A DNA stretch of 64,000 nucleotides from Minutocellus sp. GHC0000111 (lineage: Eukaryota): contig OZ361256.1 in NCBI GenBank assembly GCA_977018835.1, forward strand, positions 6,882,001 through 6,946,000. Reading direction: 5' to 3'. Of this stretch, positions 37,064-46,470 are shown piece after piece (positions within the stretch are counted from its first letter, which is position 1; every line of letters begins with the position of its first letter). The notes beneath the pieces were generated by a model. It saw only the letters and a list, made by a program, of their open reading frames with translations, made no database searches and was not told the DNA's origin. The position numbers and the translations under genes were made by a program.

Positions 37064-38217
37064 TTAAATTAACATTGGCTTGTAATCAAAATTAATGAAA
37101 TCATCCATTGCATAGTCATTGATTTTCTCTATCGTAGCATTCGTCAAATCTTCTACACCAAGTAGCGAAGATCCCGTTCGCTCGTTGAATGGCGTGTTGT
37201 CCAATCGTATGGGTAGCCCCTCGCTTTCCATAAGTTCATTGAATTCCGCAGCCAAATTCTCAAAGTGAAGTACAACATCCACAACTTTTTTCCATCATCA
37301 TCATAAACATATTTCGAATGTTGCAAATATCGAATGCCCCGTGGTCGATCGATGAGATTCGTCTGAATCCATGCGTTTAAATTGGCAGGGTCGTTCTTCT
37401 CCTCATTCGTACCAACAAATCCATCCCACTTGTTATAGTATTCGCTGACGGCACGACTGTATGGGTTGCGCACAACAGTAAAGGTCTTGTGTCCCTCCAA
37501 TAAATTGGGGGACCAGTAGTGAGGGGGAACGTGCCAGAGCACGGTTCCCGCATACCTCGTTGGCATGACTCGACCTTCAAAGTATTGTGGAGGCGACCGT
37601 GAGGGGCATTTCATGTCATTGAATGAGCCGCAGTTGTAGTGACAAGCTCCCCATGCGATGCCGTGCTTTGCAGCCGCCTTCTCTATAGCAGATCCCCCCG
37701 TCTTTGTGGCGTGTACAAACTCTAAAGGTAAATAATCCTTTCCTTCTGGTGGCTTCGGTGGGACGAGTCCAAGCGCCGCATCAAGTATCATCGGTTCATT
37801 TTGAGCAGAGAGAGTTTTGTCCGCCGTGGTGTACGCCTGAAAGGATTTGAACTGGTTGGGATCGGCGCGAGGTTGGGTCGTAGTAATGACCGTCGTTTTG
37901 GTTCGATGATCTCCGAGAGCTTCGAGGGCACGGGACGCCCAGATACTTTCGCGAGAGGGGACGTCCTTTGTGAGACAAAAGAGAGCTAGGAGGCAAAGTG
38001 CGCCTGAAAACACCGTTCCCTTGATATCTTTGAAGCTTGTCCGGCGGGTAGAAGAACAGTTGGCTGGCAGAGCGTCTTGCTGACGGATGGGCAATTGTAG
38101 TGATCGTTCGGAAGAATTCGAGCGCATCTTGTGCTGCGACAACCGACACTTTTGGGCCATCGGTGGTCTTCGTGAGCCGCTTCGGGCCGTACTTTCGTGG
38201 AGACTTGTCGTCTCCAT
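37064..38217 (-). CDS. Golgi-type carbohydrate sulfotransferase (Sulfotransfer_2-like); 1-nt frameshift in an A-run near 37288
   Basis: TM anchor (VFSGALCLLALFCL), 5'-PSB FVHATKTGGSAIE, 3'-PB VVRNPYSRAVSEY. The C-terminus VVDVVLHFENL...YAMDDFINFDY lies in ORF 37064..37282 and joins if the A6 run at 37286-37291 were A7. Confidence 0.82.
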
Positions 38218-38486
38218 GGTTTGCTTTTGCGTTGTCAAAAAATGGTTTGCTTTAGTTAGAGGGAAGCAATGCAATGATATTCTGGTCCCTTCGTCTGTCC
38301 GAGTGGTGGCGAGGTCATCTCGTGGTGCGAACCTTTGTTTACGCAGTCAAATTATGGGCAAATTATTGATACTACCGTAGTAGGGGGCAATTGATTGTTT
38401 GCCCTCCCAGAGTTCAGTTTGACTTTCCTCGTTGTGCATAACATAGGAATGCCTACTAGAGGCAATTATCCATTTTTGCATGCGCC

Positions 38487-39707
38487 ATGACCAGAGTCTT
38501 CGAAACCGCTAGGCGCCGAGCCGTCTGCGCCGCCGCGGCCCTCCTGGCCCTTGTCGGAGTGGCAGTCCTGTCGATGGACGAGTTCTCAACTCGTGCACCG
38601 GGCAGTGCTAGTGCTTTGCTCCCGAGATTGCTCAGTGAATCCGGGGGTGCCGAGGAAGGACGGAAAATCTGCCCAGAGGACAGTTGCCCATTCAAAATGT
38701 TCGGCAACCTCGACGAGGAGCTTCGAAGGGAAATGAAAGCCGAGCTCAACACCGAAAACACAGACAGCCTGGCTCGTTTCGGCAGCGAGCCGCTCATCAC
38801 CGGCGACGGGTTCCGTTCCATCTGCAAGTACCGCTGCGGTCCTGGCGGTTGCAATTTTTTGTCAAAAGACGTCGCGCCTGGAGAGTGCGTGTTCTTCGAA
38901 GACAGGGCTGCACAGCGCCAATCGACCCAGCTGCTAGAGGCTCTTTCCTCTTTGAAGGGACCGATAGTCCTCGTTTCTCACAACAGCGACGTGGAATATG
39001 GCCGCAATGGCCTCGGGGAAGGTGTCGACCAGCAGGTGCTGACGCACCCTAAGGTCCAGCACTGGTTCACACAAAACTGCGCGTGGGAGGGTTGGAAGAC
39101 AGGAACTCCCCGGCCCGAGAAGCTCACTTGCATCCCCATTGGAATCGAAAACAGATACAATCGCATTGGGAGCAACCCGGACCGCTACTTTGACGCCATG
39201 GACCTGCCCCTGGATCGAACTCGTCTCCTCTACATTACTTTCAAGGAGTCGTCTCTCAGACCTCAGCGGGGTCGAGTCCTGAACTACATTAGCAGCCTCG
39301 GAGATACGAGTCGGTGGATCACGCCATACACAGGCTCCGGCTGGGACGGCTGGGAGAATTTTGCCAAGGAAGTGCGTGACCATGGCTGGGAGCACTATGC
39401 CAAGGAAGTGCGTGACCATAAGTTTACCCTTTCTCCTCTGGGCCACGGACTTGACTGTCACCGCACATGGGAGATACTCCTCCTGGGAGGAATTCCAGTG
39501 GTGAAGCACAGCTCCCTCGACAGCCTGTACGACGGTCTGCCTGTCGTTATTTTGAATGATTGGACGGAACTGACCGAGAGTCGCCTCCTGGAAGAGTGGC
39601 ACCGAATCAGCCAGACCGTGTTCGACATTGATCGGGTATTCTTTTCGTACTGGAAGAATTTGATTCTTCATCAAGAAGAATTGGCGAAAAAAGTCAGTTC
39701 CAGATAG
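38487..39707 (+). CDS. Type II membrane glycosyltransferase, exostosin/GT47-like C-terminal domain
   Basis: N-terminal TM; LVSHNSD, WFTQN, IPIGIEN, KFTLSPLGHGLDCHRTWEILLLGGIPVV, LYDGLPVVIL. Confidence 0.7.
   Translation: MTRVFETARRRAVCAAAALLALVGVAVLSMDEFSTRAPGSASALLPRLLSESGGAEEGRKICPEDSCPFKMFGNLDEELRREMKAELNTENTDSLARFGSEPLITGDGFRSICKYRCGPGGCNFLSKDVAPGECVFFEDRAAQRQSTQLLEALSSLKGPIVLVSHNSDVEYGRNGLGEGVDQQVLTHPKVQHWFTQNCAWEGWKTGTPRPEKLTCIPIGIENRYNRIGSNPDRYFDAMDLPLDRTRLLYITFKESSLRPQRGRVLNYISSLGDTSRWITPYTGSGWDGWENFAKEVRDHGWEHYAKEVRDHKFTLSPLGHGLDCHRTWEILLLGGIPVVKHSSLDSLYDGLPVVILNDWTELTESRLLEEWHRISQTVFDIDRVFFSYWKNLILHQEELAKKVSSR
39348..39419 (+). repeat. In-frame diverged 36-bp tandem duplication
   Basis: GWENFAKEVRDH / GWEHYAKEVRDH; 3 nucleotide differences between units. 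Confidence 0.9.
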
Positions 39708-40357
39708 TGGCGCCAACTGCTTCGAATGCGCGCAGATGGGAACGCCCACCCCCTGAGCGTGCGTTAGCCACTTCTACTGTAGCTAGGCCTACGTAGCAAA
39801 GACCACCGCATAGAACTTTTTTTTGTAAACAAAGAAAGACTAAATTATAGTACAGCCGCCATCGATCGCTTGGGTAGTACATGTAGGGATTCCAATACCC
39901 TAGCGATGGCCTCTAGAGACTAATGGCCTCAAATGTCCGCCGATGCTACATGTAGGCCCCAAACCCTGTACTCACGGTACAATAAGGGTGTAGGAGGACA
40001 TTGGGGTGGTTGGTTCGACCCCTAAGTCGATTTCATATTTTGACCATCGGAGGAGGTTACCCTCCGAGATGGTTCGAGCATGGGACCAGTGACAGCAGTC
40101 GATGGCTGCATAGATACGTAGAAGCAACTTGCTTCTGTGTTTCCGGGTTCACAGACATGTCCAATGTTCGAATGTCTCCGTGGAGCGCAAAATGCCTTTC
40201 GTTGAAAATGCTTTCTTCCATTGCCCCTTGGGCACTGCTGCCGCCCTGCTGCCCTGCTGCCGAACAAATTGCCCACTTTTCACTCATTATTGGCATACTG
40301 GTATCTCTTGTTTATTTCTTCGAATGTTGTCAACATCTTTCGAGACAATACAACGCG

Positions 40358-41524
40358 ATGACAATGCCGACGAGCAGGAGGCGAGCCACCGACGCCGCCG
40401 CTGCTGCTTCGCTCTTGGCCGCTGCGGCCTTCCTGTTGTTTGTAGATGATACAGCGAGAGTGTTGCCACTTCTGAGAACGGGTGCATTTCTCGGCCGACG
40501 GCTTGCCGCACAGCCTCGTTTCTACGGCAACCTCAGCCTTGCTAACGCGGCCAAAATGGTCGAGAGCAGCATGCGTCGAAAAGGCATCGAGGCCGAGGCC
40601 GCCACCAGCAAGATCCCCAAAACTATATACATGTTCTGGGAAACGGGGTGGGACACGGCGCACAAAGCCGCGCAGCTTGCCCGCGGAACGTGCCGCGACA
40701 TGAATCCTGGATACCAATTCGTCGCCCTCAACGGCACGTCGGCCGACGAGCTGGTCGACCGATCCACATACATCCCCGACGACGTCTGGCACAAGATCAC
40801 GGTCCAGGCCCGGTCCGATATTCTTCGGACCATGATCCTGGAACGGCACGGCGGGATCTGGACCGACGCCTCGCTGTTCTGCAGCGTCCCCTTCGACATG
40901 TGGCTGGAGCAGTTGGAGCCGGATGGAGATCTTATAACCTTCCGCCGCCACGATAAGGACGCCGTGGGCATCGATCCGTGGATCACGTCGTGGTTCCTCG
41001 CTGCGTATACAGTCCAAAAAATTTGGGACGTCATCACTGACCCGGCCGAGTTCTACCGGTTCCAGAAGGAATACTTTTGGTGGCACCGCATCGTGGCTGA
41101 ATTGGCCGACAGCGACGAGCGCATCGACCGGCGCATCCGGACGGTCTTCCCCTCGGCCAACCCCATGCACTGCATAAACGACCACGGGTTCGATTATCAT
41201 CTCGCCCCCGTCTTCAAGCGGTGCAACTTTAAGGAAATGTCGCAAGCCTACCAACGTTCGGTCCATTGCTGCGGAAATTCCAATTCGCAATTGTCTGGCG
41301 AGCAGGAGCTCTCTGCTGGTAGTGCGACGTGCGAGGATTTCGACTGCGAGAACTTTTTCGATCTACCCCTGGTATTTAGGGCACGTCCTCCTCGATCATC
41401 TGAAGGCAAGGAGGCCCATGAGGAATGGGAGGGCAATTTGGCCACCAAGGTGGTAGATCCGGTGGCTTCGTCGTCGACCTTGAAGACTGTGGGGATGTCA
41501 TACGATCCAGCTGCCTTCAAATAA
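40358..41524 (+). CDS. Type II membrane DXD glycosyltransferase, capsular polysaccharide synthesis (Caps_synth)/GT32-like
   Basis: TM then IPKTIYMFWETGW, NPGYQF, ARSDILR..ILERHGGIWTDA, ITSWFLAA, YFWWH. Start chosen at ATG 40358. Confidence 0.8.
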   Translation: MTMPTSRRRATDAAAAASLLAAAAFLLFVDDTARVLPLLRTGAFLGRRLAAQPRFYGNLSLANAAKMVESSMRRKGIEAEAATSKIPKTIYMFWETGWDTAHKAAQLARGTCRDMNPGYQFVALNGTSADELVDRSTYIPDDVWHKITVQARSDILRTMILERHGGIWTDASLFCSVPFDMWLEQLEPDGDLITFRRHDKDAVGIDPWITSWFLAAYTVQKIWDVITDPAEFYRFQKEYFWWHRIVAELADSDERIDRRIRTVFPSANPMHCINDHGFDYHLAPVFKRCNFKEMSQAYQRSVHCCGNSNSQLSGEQELSAGSATCEDFDCENFFDLPLVFRARPPRSSEGKEAHEEWEGNLATKVVDPVASSSTLKTVGMSYDPAAFK

Positions 41525-42275
41525 GCGGTGAAATCGGAAGGTAGCATAAAATTGTAGCATAGAATATAGTAAGGGTACAGTCCTTCCTCTGAGCCTCATG
41601 TCGGCAACCCTTTATCCTTTCTCGAACTCTTTCTAACAAACACCGACAATGAACATTTGGATCAGAAAGACCATCAGGCGAGATCCAAGAGCACATACGT
41701 TAACAAATAATTATCATTTGTTACATGTATGTGCTCTGGCGCGATCTCATCGAATGTTGATCTATTCAGGGCACCGGTAATCTACAAGTAAGTACCGCAG
41801 CGAAACTCTATTTTTATTGATTCGCAAGTGATACCTTAGATATCAAATTGTAGAGTCTAGCTTTGCTTTTCCATTAGTTGAATTGAACAGAACGAATAGA
41901 TCTACTCGGTTAAAACTGTAACAGTCAATACCTTAACACCAGTCCGACGAGGAGCAAATGGCGAAACGTATCATCGGCCATTGGGGCCATTGGACACAAA
42001 AATGACCCTGACAATTGCCCCTGACAAAAATTCGCGCAAAATGACCCCACGCAAGTACCTAGGCCTACGTGTAGTGTTTGGCGCCTGGCGAGCGAGCTGC
42101 GTTCGGGCCGGCAATAATGGTGCTCATCATGCAGCTGCATGCGCACAATCTACTAGCTAGTGCACTAGAGTACGCCGGAATTCATACGCTCATCCTACGT
42201 AGCAAAGCAAATACGAGGCTGAGTCAGTATTTGTAAGTGGGCATCGGGAACTTATGCACATATATATGGCATAAC

Positions 42276-43172
42276 ATGGTCGCGTTCTGCCGCACGACAA
42301 GGATTCGTCGTATTGTCGCCACTGTTACCTGCGCTGCCGCTGGTCTGCTGCTGCTCGCTGCCACTGGAAGCGATGGTGACGGGTCGCGAGTACTGCTGGT
42401 CCAAGAAGACAATGATAACAAGCGCTGTCCAGCCCAGCAGCTTCTGGACGCGAACAAGCCGTGGCATTGGGAGGGGGGAACGCTGCTTCCGACAATGATG
42501 CAGGCGCGCAACCACACTACTGAAAGTGCAAAATCTCCGACAGTCGTCGTGTTTCGTCTCGAAGAAGAGATTGGAACATTTCACGTAAAGAGGACGGAGC
42601 AAAGCTTGTCCGACCATTGGCCTGAAGACAGGGTTTGTGCTGCCGACGCGGTAGATGGGAATTCCCTGAAGGATCATGCCGGTGCGGAACATATAACAGG
42701 CATTAGGTTTGGGAGCAAACTTAGCTTGTCTCAGGCAGGGTGCTTTCTCTCGCACCTAAGCATTTGGCGGTGGGCCCTTGCCAACGATCAGCCTGCCATA
42801 TCCCTCGAAAGCGACGCAGTCGCTTTGAAGAGGTGGTCTGTGGACCCAGAGACGTACAAGGAATATGACATTCTATTCACGCACGGACACAGCTCAATCA
42901 TAAGTAAGTGCCGGGCTGAAATAGACAAGGAAGTTTTCGAGGGCATGGATCGTTGGTATGCAACGGGGGCAATGCTCTTCACTAACAATAATCCCGAGCG
43001 TGTCCGGCGCGTGTTCCAGGAGGAACTTGTAGCTCAACAGGTCGACGTCCCGATCGATTTTTGGGTTAACGCGATGTGGAAGAAAAAGAAGCTGAAAATA
43101 GGACAGCTATGCCCGTACCACTTTCAGCAAATGCAAGACCACGCGTCCTCAATTGTTGGGAGTTTCAACTGA
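42276..43172 (+). CDS. Type II membrane glycosyltransferase, GT25-like
   Basis: TM anchor; DAVDG, QAGCFLSHLSIWR..L, ISLESDA, GAMLF, PIDFWV follow the GT25 motif order. Confidence 0.7.
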   Translation: MVAFCRTTRIRRIVATVTCAAAGLLLLAATGSDGDGSRVLLVQEDNDNKRCPAQQLLDANKPWHWEGGTLLPTMMQARNHTTESAKSPTVVVFRLEEEIGTFHVKRTEQSLSDHWPEDRVCAADAVDGNSLKDHAGAEHITGIRFGSKLSLSQAGCFLSHLSIWRWALANDQPAISLESDAVALKRWSVDPETYKEYDILFTHGHSSIISKCRAEIDKEVFEGMDRWYATGAMLFTNNNPERVRRVFQEELVAQQVDVPIDFWVNAMWKKKKLKIGQLCPYHFQQMQDHASSIVGSFN

Positions 43173-43215
43173 ATACCGTCACCGGCAGTACCTTGATTAT
43201 CAGAGAAACCATATG

Positions 43216-43545
43216 GCCATGATAACAGCAAAGCAAGCAAGCTTCGCTTCGTGGGAGCTGATAAAAACGGTCATCAAGCGCTACAATACAACAATTTGAA
43301 CAAAGAAACACCGAGAAGGTTGTAAAAGATATATATTACGCATAGAACGATTGGTTACACACCGAAGGCGGTGATAGATGTATACCATTATTGTTTATTT
43401 TTCTTGAGATGGAAGATTAAAATCCAATCCAAGGCATTTTAGAGAAGAAAAAAGGTGGCGGAGGGCAAAGCCAGCGAGTTCCGGCGATACTCTCAGCCAC
43501 TGTTATAAAAATTCAATATAGATAAACGATTTATTTCAACGATGC
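43216..43545 (+). repeat. ~330-bp AT-rich direct repeat, copy B (right of glycan gene group)
   Basis: Same orientation as 36652-36990; near-identical over the first ~240 bp with small indels. Confidence 0.9.
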
Positions 43546-43952
43546 TTGGTTTACATAGCTTCTATTATCTTTCGGTGCTAGTGCTACAAAATTTATTGTG
43601 TGCCTGTGCCCGCTCTCTACAGTATTAGTCAGGTCGATGCCGACCTCAAGGAATGGATTGCGATCCCAAGATCTGGTCAGTAAATGCGGCCATTGATAAA
43701 TTTGGCTTTACTCCTCTCATCAGAAGTCTCGGCCTCCTCCTCCTCCTCCTCGACCTTGGCATTCTCCTCGTCAGTATCCTCCTGTTCAACAAGGCCTGTG
43801 TGCTCACGGAGACGCTCTAGTTCGGCCTTGATGCATGCCATGTTGTCGGGAAGCTGCTGGCTGGCCTCCGGGGTCGCCAGACGGCTCGGCTGACACGATG
43901 ATTCTCGCAACCCGGCGATACCGCCAACCAATCATTCATAAACTCGAAAGCA

Positions 43953-45797
43953 ATGGCAGAAGCAGACAACGACAAGCCCAAGGGCCGACCTCGGTCGGAA
44001 AGCGAGGCCGAGGACCTTCTCGCGGCGTGGGCGGCAGCCGATCCGGCGCAAGCCGCCGCCAGTGCCGACAACCTCCTCCGGAGCGGCAGCGCCGGCCTCC
44101 TCCGATTTTCCACCAGCCTGAACCGCATCCCGTCGTCGGGACATACCCGGGACAGGTCGGGGTCCAGCTCCAACTTTTTGGAGGGGCTGCAGGGCGCCGT
44201 TGCCATCGGGGCCAGTCCCAAGTTGGCCCCGATCAGTGCCACCGATGTCTACGTCGAGGAAGATGACTTTCTCATTGGCGATGCTCATGACTCGGCGCCT
44301 CCTCTGGAAGTTTACAAGTTGAACGAGGCCAATTTGACCAAGAGTGCCAACAAGGAGGTGATCCTGCCAACCTACGATCGCAAGGCTCTGGCTGCTGGTA
44401 TCCTCCACGTTGGCGTAGGTAACTTTCACAGGGCGCATCAAGCGACGTATCTGGACGACCTCTTCCACCTCGACTTTGAGGGCAACAAGGAATGGGGTCT
44501 GGTCGGCGGTGGCATCATGCACTTCGATGCCGCCAAGCGCGCCCTCCTAGAATCGCAGGATTGGCTCAACATGGTCGTCGCTCGAGACGGTGAAACCTCC
44601 CACGCCAAGGTGATTGCTTCGATGATTGACTTTCTGCCCGTCGACGAAGATGGGGGCAGCCTGCTCGAGGGTATGACCAGCCCCAATATCAAGATTGTGT
44701 CTCTGACTGTGACCGAGGGTGGCTACTTTTTGAACGATGGTGCGTTCGACCCGAACCACCCGCAGATTCAGCACGACATTGCCAATCCCGATGCGCCCAA
44801 GACTGTGTTTGGGATGATCATCAAGGCCCTCAATATCAGGCGCGAGGCTGGACATGGGGCCTTCACGGCCCTTTCCTGCGATAACATACCGCATAACGGC
44901 GATGTCCTTCAGAGTGTCCTGCTTGGTTTGGCCAACGAGATTGACAAGGAATTCGCCGATTGGATGAAGATCAATGTTGCCTGTCCCAACAGTATGGTTG
45001 ATCGCATCACCCCGGCCACGACGGATGAGCAACGTCAGCTCGTGAAATCCGAGCTGGGATTTGAGGATGCCGCGCCGGTATTCTGCGAACCGTACCGCCA
45101 GTGGGTGCTGGAAGATAACTTCCCCCTTGGTCGGCCCAAGCTGGAGTTGCTGGATAACGTCACGTTTATTGATGACGTGACGGCTTGGGAATTCATGAAG
45201 ATTCGGGTTCTCAACGGCGGCCATGCTTCGCTCTGTTACCCAGCAGCTTTGCTCGGAGTCAAATACGTCCACGAAGCGATTTGGCATCCCTTGATTGGAC
45301 CGTTCCTGGACGCATTGGAACGGAATGAGATTCTGCCGACCGTCACACCACCGGCGGATACGTCCTTGGAAGGATATTTGGATCTCATCTTCAGGAGATT
45401 CTCGAATCCTACCATCAATGATACCATCACGCGCATTTGCTTCGGCGGGGCCTCTAACCAGCCCAAGTTCACGATCCCCGTGGCGGTGGACAATCTCGAA
45501 GCTGGTAGAGGTGTCGATGGCATTGCTCTGGTTTCGGCCCTTTGGTGTCGATACTGCCAGGGAACGACGGAGGCTGGCGATCGCATCTCGCCGAACGATC
45601 CTCAGTGGGATCGTCTTCAGGGCATTGCTCAAAAGGCAGCATCGGATCCTTCCGTTTGGTTGGATGCGCTCCATGATGTGTATGGTGATGTTGGTCAGAA
45701 TCCCATCTTCGTGGCGAGCTTTACAAAGGCTCTCAAACGAATCCAAGATGACGGCGTGGAAGCTGCCATTACGGAATACTTGGAGGTTTATCAATAA
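43953..45797 (+). CDS. Mannitol 2-dehydrogenase (long-chain mannitol dehydrogenase family)
   Basis: GILHVGVGNFHRAHQA, IVSLTVTEGGY, SCDNIPHNG, CPNSMVDRITP, EPYRQWVLED, MKIRVLNGGH, RFSNPTIND. Confidence 0.92.
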   Translation: MAEADNDKPKGRPRSESEAEDLLAAWAAADPAQAAASADNLLRSGSAGLLRFSTSLNRIPSSGHTRDRSGSSSNFLEGLQGAVAIGASPKLAPISATDVYVEEDDFLIGDAHDSAPPLEVYKLNEANLTKSANKEVILPTYDRKALAAGILHVGVGNFHRAHQATYLDDLFHLDFEGNKEWGLVGGGIMHFDAAKRALLESQDWLNMVVARDGETSHAKVIASMIDFLPVDEDGGSLLEGMTSPNIKIVSLTVTEGGYFLNDGAFDPNHPQIQHDIANPDAPKTVFGMIIKALNIRREAGHGAFTALSCDNIPHNGDVLQSVLLGLANEIDKEFADWMKINVACPNSMVDRITPATTDEQRQLVKSELGFEDAAPVFCEPYRQWVLEDNFPLGRPKLELLDNVTFIDDVTAWEFMKIRVLNGGHASLCYPAALLGVKYVHEAIWHPLIGPFLDALERNEILPTVTPPADTSLEGYLDLIFRRFSNPTINDTITRICFGGASNQPKFTIPVAVDNLEAGRGVDGIALVSALWCRYCQGTTEAGDRISPNDPQWDRLQGIAQKAASDPSVWLDALHDVYGDVGQNPIFVASFTKALKRIQDDGVEAAITEYLEVYQ

Positions 45798-45923
45798 AAG
45801 ATTTTGAGAAAGATCATCTGCGGGGTGTGCTACAAAGAAATGAGCTAAATGAGCCACTGACCTGCAGACCCGCTAGCTAGAGCTATCTACGCAAATTCTT
45901 AAAAAGAATGAAGGCATGTTAAA

Positions 45924-46122
45924 CTATCCACCCCCACACCCACCACCACAGCCGCCACCTCCACAGCCACCGCCGCCGCCACAGCCCCCTCCTGGATTCG
46001 GCGCTGGGCCGTTGGAGCGACACGCCATAGATGTGAACTGTCCGCAGAAAGACGATATGCAGCCTCGCATTGGTGAACAGATCGCACGAAAAACGAGGCA
46101 GTTCGTGCGTGCGGGGTGTCAT
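45924..46122 (-). pseudogene. Internally deleted paralogue of the adjacent GRDP/DUF1399 gene
   Basis: The first 43 codons ([43 protein letters not shown]) match the neighbour's N-terminus. They are fused out of frame at ~45993 to a [26 protein letters not shown] tail. Confidence 0.85.
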
Positions 46123-46470
46123 ATTGAACAGTGATCTCGAGAGAACTTTGACTTGCTGACTTTAGTCACTTTGCGCCGACTTCATTATATTGTGTGCTTC
46201 GCCGATTAAGCGTCCCATTAGACCGAATCTTAATCATGAGACCTTCATCCACAATCAACTGCTTGGACTTGATCGGAACAACCGTAACCCTCAATATTTT
46301 TTTTGTTGGAATCAGCATCCAAGTACGATGGTGTGGAAGCTGCCAATTGAATACTTGTACTAGTAGCAAGATAGACTCTACACGTACAAGCAGATAAAAA
46401 GAAGAAGTGTCAATTGGACTCGCGTACATTGTACCGGTACGAATATTATGACTAGATCTAGAGATTCATT

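Noticed and set aside
37286..37291. Programmed frameshift in the sulfotransferase
   Set aside because: A single-base loss in a homopolymer is more simply a sequencing error or null mutation.
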